IMG/VR virus record: IMGVR_UViG_3300042484_002353
Span: 1 to 63,199 of that record
DNA length: 63,199 nucleotides
Direction: 5' to 3' (one strand)
Source of the DNA: a virus
Taxonomy: Duplodnaviria; Caudoviricetes
A program made the translations under genes and the position numbers. The notes beneath the pieces are model-generated. The model saw nothing but the letters and a program-made list of their open reading frames with translations. It searched no databases and was not told where the DNA came from. Each line of letters starts with the position of its first letter. The stretch's first letter is position 1. Positions 28,472 through 37,665 of the stretch are shown piece after piece.

Positions 28472-28479
28472 AATGATAT

Positions 28480-28848
28480 TTATACCGGTGCTGTGACCGG
28501 TGGTGTTTCCTCTGTGACAGGTACCGGGGGCAAGAATTGTTCCAGGTATTCTGGATCCATTTCCATCATGGCCTGTACTGCCTGTTCAGGATAACCTTCC
28601 AGGAAGTATTTGAACAGAGCCACAAAATCACGCTGAGTGGGGTTAAATGAATTCTTGAATACACTTTTGTTACGCAGATCCAGGATCACCCCAGCTGTGC
28701 TGATGTCACGTTTTTTCAGACCACGTGCGAATTCCACACGTTCGTCATACTGATAACTGGCATCGTTATTGCTCCAACCTGCCAGTTGGGTGTTGACATG
28801 CTCACGTGGTTTTTTGGTGTAAAATGCTACTAAGTACAGAGTTTTCAT
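28480..28848 (-). CDS. Hypothetical protein
   Basis: 122 aa with RBS. Confidence 0.6.
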   Translation of the reverse strand: MKTLYLVAFYTKKPREHVNTQLAGWSNNDASYQYDERVEFARGLKKRDISTAGVILDLRNKSVFKNSFNPTQRDFVALFKYFLEGYPEQAVQAMMEMDPEYLEQFLPPVPVTEETPPVTAPV

Positions 28849-28849
28849 G

Positions 28850-29974
28850 TTATTCCTTGTAATTCATGATGTCCACGCCTAGATAATCGGCGTGATTAAT
28901 TTTACGGCGTGTGTCTATATCCAGGATGTATTTCTGTAATTCAACTGTCTGTCCGGGCCATTGTATTCGTTCCAGCAAATGATCCACGCTACTCTGAAAC
29001 TTATGATCAGTCTGGTATAAATCAACACTCTTCATACCTGCAATATTGTCCACAGCCAGTGGTTTCAGTGCTGCTGGTAGATTCTCCAATCGCAATTGTG
29101 GTCGCCCTGTATCCAGTGTAGTCAGCCACCAGTTTTGAGGTTGGTATTGATATAACAGAGTCATCTGCTGCCAGCCCAGTATACTGATGGCACTGCATAC
29201 TGTGTTGAAATTAAAGGGAATATTGCGATCCTGAAGTATGGCCATGTTGTCTAAAAATTTACGCCATTGCTTGGGGTACCTGACATATTCCTCAGTCCTG
29301 TCCCAACTGTCCACTGACACCACCAGACTGATATTAGGCATGGCTGTTATGGCATCCAGTACATCAGCTCTGAGGCTGGTTAAATTGGTGTTGATGCTGA
29401 CATGTCCTGGATAGTTGTTCAGTGCCAGATAGGTCAACAGGTCAGTGTATTCGTCAATGATCAGTGGTTCTCCGCCAGCAAAGTATACTCTTTTGGACTG
29501 CAGAACTTCTGCTGGCTCGATATCCAACTTATATTCAGTAATGGGTATATTGAGCTCTTTCTTCCAGAGAGAACTGAATTCTGGGCCACAACTGATACAA
29601 CTCAGGTTACATTTACTGTTGTAACGCAGATCGTAATACATACGTTGCCCAGCATCACCAGGTTGCCAGTTCTCAAAGAATTCACGACTGCCTGAGTTGT
29701 TCAACCATTCTTGACAGGAATTTTGTCTGGCACTGACGACCCCATTGGCTTCTGTTTTATAACAAGGGGCACATTGTGGTAGCTGTTCACCAGACCACAT
29801 ACGTTGCCGTAGATCATCGCGATCAGCATCGTTAAAGTCACCAGTCAACGGTATACCGCTGGAATGACTCTGGCAGCACATGTACTTTTTGCCGTCCAGA
29901 CTGCGATAGTCATGTATCCAGGGCAGGGGACAAAAGGCACTGTTTTGACTCAGTGCCACTAAATTATTTTTCAT
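28850..29974 (-). CDS. Radical SAM enzyme with N-terminal twitch domain (fourth paralogue)
   Basis: FCPLPW...MCC...CAPC; CNLSCISC; GGEP; NTN. Confidence 0.9.
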   Translation of the reverse strand: MKNNLVALSQNSAFCPLPWIHDYRSLDGKKYMCCQSHSSGIPLTGDFNDADRDDLRQRMWSGEQLPQCAPCYKTEANGVVSARQNSCQEWLNNSGSREFFENWQPGDAGQRMYYDLRYNSKCNLSCISCGPEFSSLWKKELNIPITEYKLDIEPAEVLQSKRVYFAGGEPLIIDEYTDLLTYLALNNYPGHVSINTNLTSLRADVLDAITAMPNISLVVSVDSWDRTEEYVRYPKQWRKFLDNMAILQDRNIPFNFNTVCSAISILGWQQMTLLYQYQPQNWWLTTLDTGRPQLRLENLPAALKPLAVDNIAGMKSVDLYQTDHKFQSSVDHLLERIQWPGQTVELQKYILDIDTRRKINHADYLGVDIMNYKE

Positions 29975-30909
29975 TGATCAATTTGTGTTAATTCTGCCAG
30001 CGTGGCTGACAGATTGATTTCCTGATCAGTCACCAGTGGTATATAACTCATGCCCTTGCGAATGGCTGCAATGGCTTCGTCCTGTCCTTCGGGTGTTGAA
30101 CTCCAGATGCCGAGATTATCATACATCCAACGGAATACGCTGTCAATGTCATCCAGGCTGCCCTGAGTACAGATGATCCGACGTCCGTCAGTAATTCTTT
30201 TTTCCTTGAACATTTCCACAGCATCCAGTCTCCAGTCTCTGACTTCCAGTGTGTCGATGTCACTGGGCTTGATCAGAGTTCCTGACACGGATTTCTTCTG
30301 TGTCATGTGCAGGCATCTACGCAGATCTGGATAGGTTGCTTTGACGTAGGTGTCCAGTGTGTCTAGATCAAACTCCACATTCTCAGTCATCAACACAGTG
30401 GCCGCACGGGCAGTGAATTCAGTGACATCGGGTTTGGAAATATGTATGCGTCCTTGCTCACAGCGACTTTGTAATGCCGCCATGATCTTGTTGGGGTAGT
30501 TACAGGTCAGTATGAACCTGACACTATGGCTGTAACTTTCGATCAGGTTACGCAGGGCCGGCTGAACACTGTTGATGTTCATGTAGTCAGCCTCGTCAAT
30601 CAACACAACCTTGATGCGACCAAATGGCATGGTCTGACAGAATGGTTCCAGGGTGTCAGTGACCCATTCAATCTTACGTGCTTCTTTACTGCCATTGGCT
30701 TCCAGGATATCATAACCTTCAATGCCCAGTTCATTGATCAGAACTTTGGCCAGAGTGGTCTTGCCAGTGCCAGCACTGCCACTTAACAGAATGTCAGGAA
30801 TGTATTGATCTCGAATCCAGGATTCGATCAGTGTTTTTTGTTCAGGATCAGTGAATACATAATCCGCCAGTAATTTGGGACGATATTTTTCAGTCCATGG
30901 TTCTTTCAT
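29971..30909 (-). CDS. Sliding-clamp loader AAA+ subunit (RFC small / T4 gp44-like)
   Basis: WTEKYRP, GSAGTGKTT, DEAD and SRC motifs. Confidence 0.92.
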   Translation of the reverse strand: MKEPWTEKYRPKLLADYVFTDPEQKTLIESWIRDQYIPDILLSGSAGTGKTTLAKVLINELGIEGYDILEANGSKEARKIEWVTDTLEPFCQTMPFGRIKVVLIDEADYMNINSVQPALRNLIESYSHSVRFILTCNYPNKIMAALQSRCEQGRIHISKPDVTEFTARAATVLMTENVEFDLDTLDTYVKATYPDLRRCLHMTQKKSVSGTLIKPSDIDTLEVRDWRLDAVEMFKEKRITDGRRIICTQGSLDDIDSVFRWMYDNLGIWSSTPEGQDEAIAAIRKGMSYIPLVTDQEINLSATLAELTQIDQ

Positions 30910-30926
30910 CGAACTTCCTTAATTGA

Positions 30927-31304
30927 TTAATAGAGTGATTTCTTTTGTGCAGGTACTGCTGTTGAGATTGTATCGTCTGCTGCTGGAGGTTCGTCAGATA
31001 CAAAAATAATATTTTTAGGATCCACACGACGCAGCGTCATGGCTTCACCCTGTACTTCCACTTCAATACCACGTGTCCAGCGTCCGTGTTCCACGAATAC
31101 CCATTCACCAACCTGAACATCTGTCTGATCATGGCCCACAGCATATACCTGTGCCCAGCGTGGGCGAATACCAGATGTGTGTCCGTCGTCATTGATTAGT
31201 AGTACACCGCTGCTGAGTTTACGACCAGCAAAGTTCATGTCCCTGACGATAACATAGTCTTTCAGGGCTGTCAATTTGTCGATTTTAGTTGCGAATATGC
31301 TCAT
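30927..31304 (-). CDS. GroES-like co-chaperonin
   Basis: ALKDYVIV...SGVLL...VYAVG...VQVGEWV pattern. Confidence 0.75.
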   Translation of the reverse strand: MSIFATKIDKLTALKDYVIVRDMNFAGRKLSSGVLLINDDGHTSGIRPRWAQVYAVGHDQTDVQVGEWVFVEHGRWTRGIEVEVQGEAMTLRRVDPKNIIFVSDEPPAADDTISTAVPAQKKSLY

Positions 31305-31305
31305 A

Positions 31306-31749
31306 TTATATACGTGTTGGTCCTGTGGGTTTGTTAGGTGGAGTCAATAGATCCTGTGTAACAGTGACTTCACGTGCAATGCTGTCAGCAAAACTACCAC
31401 GAAGTGGAGGTGCTGCTGGTGCTGGTTCTGCTACTTGATCAAATGGCACCCCATCTGGGTCCACTGCTGGCGGTGGTGGTGCAGCACGGCCTTGCTTTAC
31501 ACTGGCTCCTGCCTGACGTTGTGCTTCTGCCACTGCCTGGGGATTGTTGTTGGCCACTGGTGTATGCATTTTATAAAACTTATCCATGCTCTGATTACGA
31601 CCCAAGGACACCTGCCCACCTGGTCCCAGTTCGTCTCCGCGAGCATTGACCTTCATGTTACCCACTGCAATGGAATCTTCGTTGTTTAATCTCAGGTTGT
31701 CGATGTCGACATTTTTACCCTGTGCTGTTCTGTAAATTTTTCCCATCAT
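31306..31749 (-). CDS. Hypothetical protein
   Basis: YRTAQGK...AVGNMKVNARGDELGPGG; TATAAATA upstream. Confidence 0.65.
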   Translation of the reverse strand: MMGKIYRTAQGKNVDIDNLRLNNEDSIAVGNMKVNARGDELGPGGQVSLGRNQSMDKFYKMHTPVANNNPQAVAEAQRQAGASVKQGRAAPPPPAVDPDGVPFDQVAEPAPAAPPLRGSFADSIAREVTVTQDLLTPPNKPTGPTRI

Positions 31750-31784
31750 GTACTCCTTTTATAATATTTATAGGCTGTTGAACA

Positions 31785-32312
31785 CTATTTTAAGAATTCT
31801 TTTATATCTAAATCATAGTAGAGTGAGTCAATTCGATGTATCCCAATAAGAAAAAGAACGTATGAGGCCACACTACTACCCCTACCCACACCCCATATCA
31901 CCGAATGTTGTCGCATGGTGTCCACAAAGTATTTCAGATAGCGCAACAATGGAAACATGTCGCGTTCCTGATATAACAATAACTCTTGGGCTACCCTTTG
32001 CAGTTTATCATCAGTGTCGCATTGATTCAATAGCCAGGCTGCTATGTCCATTTCATTGTATTCGTTGGGCATGTACCAGTGAGTCTGTTGATGGTAATCA
32101 AATGCTTCCACGGTATCGTCATACAGAATGCCAATGGGCATCTGATATTGCTGTAAGTGTGGCAAATCGCTATAGGTCATTCTCACTGATTTATTATATT
32201 GTTCAGCATCTGTTACCAGAAACCTGGTGAGATCCAGTTCAGGATTTATATACAACAAATCACATATCTCCTGTGTGGTGGTATGTGCTTGTCCGAATTT
32301 ATCGTAGTTCAT
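31785..32312 (-). CDS. Stand-alone fragment of DNA polymerase III alpha (DnaE-like)
   Basis: RV..EL...WGVGRGSSVASYVLFLIGIHRID matches the DnaE GxGRGS region; only 175 aa. Confidence 0.75.
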   Translation of the reverse strand: MNYDKFGQAHTTTQEICDLLYINPELDLTRFLVTDAEQYNKSVRMTYSDLPHLQQYQMPIGILYDDTVEAFDYHQQTHWYMPNEYNEMDIAAWLLNQCDTDDKLQRVAQELLLYQERDMFPLLRYLKYFVDTMRQHSVIWGVGRGSSVASYVLFLIGIHRIDSLYYDLDIKEFLK

Positions 32313-32557
32313 TGTATGTCAATGATGCCGCCGAATCCCTTGCCTTCAGCTGCCATTTTCTTGGTCAATTCAGCCATCTGACGTCCGTTACGAATCTGGA
32401 TCTCATTCTGATAATCTTCCATGATCATCTGGATCTGTGGAATGATACTCTGTGGACCAAACCTATATGCCTGATTGAATCTCTTGATCAGGTCAGCATA
32501 TTTTTGATGTACTTCATCATCAGTCAGCGTGGATAAGTTGGTGCCCAGTGGATGCAT
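32309..32557 (-). CDS. Hypothetical protein
   Basis: Coupled ORF of 82 aa. Confidence 0.6.
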   Translation of the reverse strand: MHPLGTNLSTLTDDEVHQKYADLIKRFNQAYRFGPQSIIPQIQMIMEDYQNEIQIRNGRQMAELTKKMAAEGKGFGGIIDIQ

Positions 32558-32994
32558 TATAGATCTCCGTGTTGCCGATTTTCTGAGTAGTGGGGATCAA
32601 AGTCACCACCAGGATAGCGGGCCTTGAGTTTGTTGACGTTCTCGGCAATGACGTCATCAGGGTTCAAATTCAGGGCGCGACAAGCGTTGACCCAGTACCA
32701 CATGATGTCACCCAATTCACGTTTCATATGATGTACATTTTCTGCATTTAAGGGTTTACCCTGGAACAACATCTTCTTGGGGATTTCACAGAACTCACCG
32801 GATTCGGCAGCCAAGCCCAGACAAGCGGTGATCAATAATGGTACATTAATGTCAGGACCATGAAGTCCGTGAAGTCCGTTATCGAGACTACCATCTAGTT
32901 CATCACAACGGTTCATAAAAGTGGTTAAATCGTTGCTGGGCTCGCTGGTAACAGCAGCAACAAAATCAGAATATTTACTTAGATCGATTGGCAT
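32557..32994 (-). CDS. MazG-like nucleotide pyrophosphohydrolase
   Basis: GLAAESGEFCE..KK, ELGDIMWY and N..KL.ARYP motifs. Confidence 0.88.
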   Translation of the reverse strand: MPIDLSKYSDFVAAVTSEPSNDLTTFMNRCDELDGSLDNGLHGLHGPDINVPLLITACLGLAAESGEFCEIPKKMLFQGKPLNAENVHHMKRELGDIMWYWVNACRALNLNPDDVIAENVNKLKARYPGGDFDPHYSENRQHGDL

Positions 32995-33002
32995 AATAGA
33001 AA

Positions 33003-33046
33003 ACTCCCAGTGTCGTCAGTATAAACTGATGCAATCTGGGAGTCAA
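33003..33046 (-). promoter_or_regulatory. Sigma70-like promoter embedded in a hairpin
   Basis: TTGACT (33041-33046), 17 nt, TATACT (33018-33023), inside the ACTCCCAG...CTGGGAGT inverted repeat. Confidence 0.7.
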
Positions 33047-33060
33047 GGGTTATGAAGGAA

Positions 33061-34290
33061 TTACCAACCAGCTGATGTAATGGCCACACGCTTCCAGGTA
33101 TTGGTTGCTGTACAGACGTAGATGTAATTGGTGTCAGCAGCAATTTGCCCGGCTACGCCCACGGCTGTGGGTCCAGTAGGTGTTGTTGGCTTGGTAATGA
33201 TGTTGCCGTAAAATTTCACACTCTGATCGTTTTCCACACCCACGGCCTGAGCCAATGAACCACCATCGACCTTGGTGTATACTGTGACATTACCACCCAG
33301 GCCATATTCTACGTTGGCACCAGTGGCGTGAAAGTTCAGACTGCTGACCTGTGTGAATACATTACCAACACCGTTGCCAGTAAATGCCATGCCTTCCACG
33401 TATCCTAGATAGTCACCACTTTTGACCGCATTGTCGCTGGTGAATGTGGTGTTGGCCACGATGTTGCCTCGGGCTGCGCTGACAGTATATCCACTTAATA
33501 CACCCTGATCGGTATTTTGATAGCTGACATTGGCCAGCTGTAGATTACCCACAGTAACAGCATTATAACCGCCCAGTGCGCTGATCTGATTAACACCTGC
33601 ATTTTCTATCTGCGACTGTGCGGTGGTCAGACTGGTATCATATCCCAGGAAGAACGCACCGTTGACAGTTCTGTTGTAATAAAATCCCGGATGACGCAGA
33701 CTATTAAGATTGCGTGTCAGATCACGAATCAAGATGTTCTGACCATTATCCAGACTGGTGAATTCCAACATATAGTCGCCGACTGTGTCAAAACTTATCA
33801 CACCAGCATCGTTATAGCCAGCAATATCGGCGATACCAATAGTAACACCAGGATTGGTGATGGGCACAGTAATGGTATGAGCTATGTCAGTTATGGTTAT
33901 CCAGAGAACCAGTCGTCCCAGGATGGGAGTTGCTGGCCAACCAGTGAAGGCCAGAGTGATGTCTCCGTCGCTTTCCACATATTGTATATTACCATTGGCA
34001 TAATTCAGTGTAACTGTACCGGACAATTGACCCTGATTGTATGAAGTTTCGTAGTAGGATTTCAGTGTGGGTTGATACAGTACACTACCACCCATGTCAT
34101 TGCTGAGGGTTCCACCAGTCAGGCTGGTTTTCAGTATGGCTTTGTTCTGCAAATCTTCAATTTCAGATTTGGCGTAGCCCAGGTTATTGCGAACGTTGGT
34201 AAAGTTATCACGAAAGCCTTGACTAGCGTTATCTTGACCGGCCACTGGAAAAGTGCCGTCAATGTTAAAGGGGTTAATATTTGATGCCAT
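33061..34290 (-). CDS. Virion structural (baseplate/tail-associated) protein
   Basis: PVAGQDN.SQGFRDNF N-terminus; YIYVCTATNTWKRVA C-terminal module typical of phage fibres. Confidence 0.7.
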   Translation of the reverse strand: MASNINPFNIDGTFPVAGQDNASQGFRDNFTNVRNNLGYAKSEIEDLQNKAILKTSLTGGTLSNDMGGSVLYQPTLKSYYETSYNQGQLSGTVTLNYANGNIQYVESDGDITLAFTGWPATPILGRLVLWITITDIAHTITVPITNPGVTIGIADIAGYNDAGVISFDTVGDYMLEFTSLDNGQNILIRDLTRNLNSLRHPGFYYNRTVNGAFFLGYDTSLTTAQSQIENAGVNQISALGGYNAVTVGNLQLANVSYQNTDQGVLSGYTVSAARGNIVANTTFTSDNAVKSGDYLGYVEGMAFTGNGVGNVFTQVSSLNFHATGANVEYGLGGNVTVYTKVDGGSLAQAVGVENDQSVKFYGNIITKPTTPTGPTAVGVAGQIAADTNYIYVCTATNTWKRVAITSAGW

Positions 34291-34338
34291 TTGGTATTTG
34301 TCCTAGTTATCGTGTATTTATCATATATTTTTACTGGT

Positions 34339-34773
34339 TTAACTTAAAGTAACGTTGGCCCATTTGGTGCCATTGTATACTTGTATGTTGCCAGTATTAT
34401 AGTTATATGCTGTCATACCACGCAGTGGTGTGCTGACAGCATTTATCTGTGTGGTTGTGAGGTTTGCAAATTGCAAGACACTGGTCAATGTCAATCTCAT
34501 TGCCCTGATGTTGCCAGTGACTGTGACATTGCCAGCAGCGATATTTCCAGTGAACGATGAAAGATAACTGGTTACATTACCGTCACCGTAATTGGCAGCG
34601 TCATTGGCAAACAACACAGACACATTGGCCTGTAGGGTTTCAATTTCAGACTTGGCAAATACCAGACCATTCTGAATGGCACGATAATTATCGTGGAATC
34701 CGCGGGTATCGTTGTCCTGTCCAGCAATGGGATAGGTTACATCTATTGTGGTGGGATCGATCTGACTAGCCAT
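34339..34773 (-). CDS. Virion structural protein sharing an N-terminus with 33061-34290
   Basis: YPIAGQDND..GF.DN...AKSEIETLQ. Confidence 0.65.
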   Translation of the reverse strand: MASQIDPTTIDVTYPIAGQDNDTRGFHDNYRAIQNGLVFAKSEIETLQANVSVLFANDAANYGDGNVTSYLSSFTGNIAAGNVTVTGNIRAMRLTLTSVLQFANLTTTQINAVSTPLRGMTAYNYNTGNIQVYNGTKWANVTLS

Positions 34774-37664
34774 TATTTAAAAACTCCGATTTTGGGGAAC
34801 TTAAGGTATTTATTGTTGGATTCGGGCACTGAATAAGTATCTCTGTGACTGAAGAATTTTGTGCCATTATTGTCAAATTTAGTAAAGGTTCTCACAACAC
34901 CAGTCTGATATGTTACTGGTGCATATTCAGGAACGCTGCGATTGGGTTGTAGTGTGGGATCATAGAATAGTATACTCTGTCCTCGAGTTGTTCCGCCATT
35001 GATTTGAACTTGTTCTCCAGGGATCACTTCTTCCACAAACTCTAATGTCACCACCTGTGTGGGAAACGCTGGTGGGGAGACCCAATCAATACTAAAGTCA
35101 TACTGCCGTGTATCAAATCCCACCAGATCATTGCCGAAATCACTGGATTGTGTGGGCACCGTTACAGATTCTGGAGTGGTAATAGTCACACGCCAAATAC
35201 CGGCACGATAATTGATTACTGATAATCCGCGATCTTTCTCCACAAATCCCGGCACCACTGTGCCGTCAGTGTAATTCCAACCATCGTTGACATTGGTGAT
35301 GATGAATGGATTCAATACAGGGCTGTAATCTTCTTGTTGTAGGAATATTATAGTGTCACCATCTTGAAAACTGGTAACTCCATCCAGGCCGCCCAGACCA
35401 CGCACACGGTTCACTGTCTGTCCGTTGATGTTGTCAAAAGGCAATCCAGATACTGCGTATGTTGCACTATGGCGTATTATACCTTCTTTGGTAATTCTAT
35501 CCCAGGTGGTTTCTGCACTGGACATAAAACTGTTGATGCTGACGTTGAAATTGGTACTTAAATGGTTGTCCAGCTGATAACGATCCACCACAAAATCAAT
35601 GGTGTTAAATTCCAATCCACGTGTATTGACACGGTATGCCATGAGCTTGCTAGCACCTGGTACAGTATACGCCAATACCACTGCATTGACAAAACCCAGT
35701 GGCTTGTTATTTTCCTGTGGACTGGTCATCCAATCAGGCAATGCACCTTCATGTGAGTACCCAATACTATCAACAATGGCCTGTGTCATGTTGTTGAAGG
35801 CGTTGGGATATACCACTGAGTATTCATTACCGTCGGTGTCGTACCAGGGATTTATACTTCCAGTCAGATCCACTGAGCTAGCTGGAGTTTTGCTGTTGCG
35901 TGTCAGTGTGTCAGTTAGATCCAGATACACCACTTCGTATTTTACATTGAAGTTTTTATCCACTGCTCGAGCAGTCTTGATGGCACCAAATTCTATAGAC
36001 TTGGTAAAGTGATTGGTGCCCATGGCTGCAATATATCTGCTGGCCAACATGGGATTGATACCAGCTAAGAATAAACTGCGAATGTTTTTAGCACGACCAA
36101 ACCAGGGATCCGTGGGTCGGTAGATCAGCTCGTTGGGGAATATATCTGTATTGTTAACAATACTCTGGAACAATCTACGCTCATCCATTCTGGGTAACGC
36201 AGTGATATACAAGTTCTCGTAAGGCAGAATATCGTAGTTGTTGATGGTGATGGTGAATGTCTTGACGTCACTGACAGTTTCAGCAAAATCCTGCGCCGAA
36301 ACCACAAACGTATAGGTGTTATCAAAGGTAGTATCTTGACCATCAATTGTCGTGGCACCACTGTCTACACTGAAGTATTCAAAGCTGGCACGGCCGGATA
36401 TCAACCCACTGGGTAATAATTTCAATCCCTGTGGTAGTTTAGATCCATCACCCAGACTATATATCAAGTTTTTGCCAGCATTGCTGACTGCTGATATTGA
36501 CAATTCACTGATGGATCCATTGTTGATGACACCCAGGTTGCTGGCAGTGGTCCAGGTGATGGTATTGTTGATGTCACCCAGAACTGTCAATGTATAAGTT
36601 ACTGTGGCACCTTGGAATGCCGGATCATTGAGTCTGTATGGATACACTTCAAATGTATATGTCTGACTCACTGCTGCCTGCAATGGTATAAATCCAGTCA
36701 TCCAGCCAGAGTCTGCATCAATGCTCAAGCCTGGTGGTATTGACAGACCAGACTGATCAAATTTTACTGAATCGAAACCCACCCCAGTGGCGTCAAAGTT
36801 CACACCCGACTGCGCTGTTAATGCGTAGCCTATGAAATTATCTTCAGGATCAGTTGCCTCAAATTTAAAAGCAAAATTACTGCCACTGCGTATCTCTGGC
36901 AACTCTTGTGCCTGGGTGGTCATAAAGGGCAAGTATTGATTTGTGGTATCGACAGTGAGGAAAGTTGAGTCAATGGAATTATTAGTTGCGTCAGCCAGAT
37001 AACTAGACTTGGCAACGACATTAAGGTTGTACGTCAATGTGTCTCGGTTAGCACCATCAAATACCGTTATGGTAAATGTATAAATCTTGTTGCGAAACTG
37101 ACTGCTGTTGTCGTATCCGTATTGGTTGTATCGAGTCTCTTCGTAACCAGATAATCCAGCCGAACCCTCAGTGGGCAGTGGGTAGATGAATCCTGATAAC
37201 AAACCAGTGGCGGCATTCAGTGTGACACCTTCTGGTAGACTGCCATTTTGTACACGCCATTCCAATGTGGCCTCGGGATTGACCACGATGGCTGACAATT
37301 GCACTTCCAGATATTCACCATCAAACACTTCCCCCAACAATCGATCACGTGGGGTGATTCTTGGAGGTACAATATTGGTAATGGTCAGATTAAATGTTCG
37401 GTCTGTCACCTGCCCCTGTACATTTCTTGCTCTGACACTGAACGTATATTTATTACTGGTGTTGATGACTTCAGTGACTATGGGTGTGCCTTGTATGAAC
37501 CCTGACTTGATGACCTGAATGCCTGGTGGTAGATCACCAGACAGATGTGTAAATGTCAGTGCGCTGCTGAGGTTGTTGGTGACTTGTAACGGAATCTGAA
37601 AGAATTCATTTTCTGGAATAAGTCCTAAACTACCTGCTGGGGTAACCCAAATTGGATTTGCCAT
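34773..37664 (-). CDS. Large virion protein with tandem putative-Ig/cadherin-like domains (baseplate-associated)
   Basis: Repeated G.LP.G..L...G.I.G and YTF.V.A modules. Confidence 0.7.
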   Translation of the reverse strand: MANPIWVTPAGSLGLIPENEFFQIPLQVTNNLSSALTFTHLSGDLPPGIQVIKSGFIQGTPIVTEVINTSNKYTFSVRARNVQGQVTDRTFNLTITNIVPPRITPRDRLLGEVFDGEYLEVQLSAIVVNPEATLEWRVQNGSLPEGVTLNAATGLLSGFIYPLPTEGSAGLSGYEETRYNQYGYDNSSQFRNKIYTFTITVFDGANRDTLTYNLNVVAKSSYLADATNNSIDSTFLTVDTTNQYLPFMTTQAQELPEIRSGSNFAFKFEATDPEDNFIGYALTAQSGVNFDATGVGFDSVKFDQSGLSIPPGLSIDADSGWMTGFIPLQAAVSQTYTFEVYPYRLNDPAFQGATVTYTLTVLGDINNTITWTTASNLGVINNGSISELSISAVSNAGKNLIYSLGDGSKLPQGLKLLPSGLISGRASFEYFSVDSGATTIDGQDTTFDNTYTFVVSAQDFAETVSDVKTFTITINNYDILPYENLYITALPRMDERRLFQSIVNNTDIFPNELIYRPTDPWFGRAKNIRSLFLAGINPMLASRYIAAMGTNHFTKSIEFGAIKTARAVDKNFNVKYEVVYLDLTDTLTRNSKTPASSVDLTGSINPWYDTDGNEYSVVYPNAFNNMTQAIVDSIGYSHEGALPDWMTSPQENNKPLGFVNAVVLAYTVPGASKLMAYRVNTRGLEFNTIDFVVDRYQLDNHLSTNFNVSINSFMSSAETTWDRITKEGIIRHSATYAVSGLPFDNINGQTVNRVRGLGGLDGVTSFQDGDTIIFLQQEDYSPVLNPFIITNVNDGWNYTDGTVVPGFVEKDRGLSVINYRAGIWRVTITTPESVTVPTQSSDFGNDLVGFDTRQYDFSIDWVSPPAFPTQVVTLEFVEEVIPGEQVQINGGTTRGQSILFYDPTLQPNRSVPEYAPVTYQTGVVRTFTKFDNNGTKFFSHRDTYSVPESNNKYLKFPKIGVFK

Positions 37665-37665
37665 A

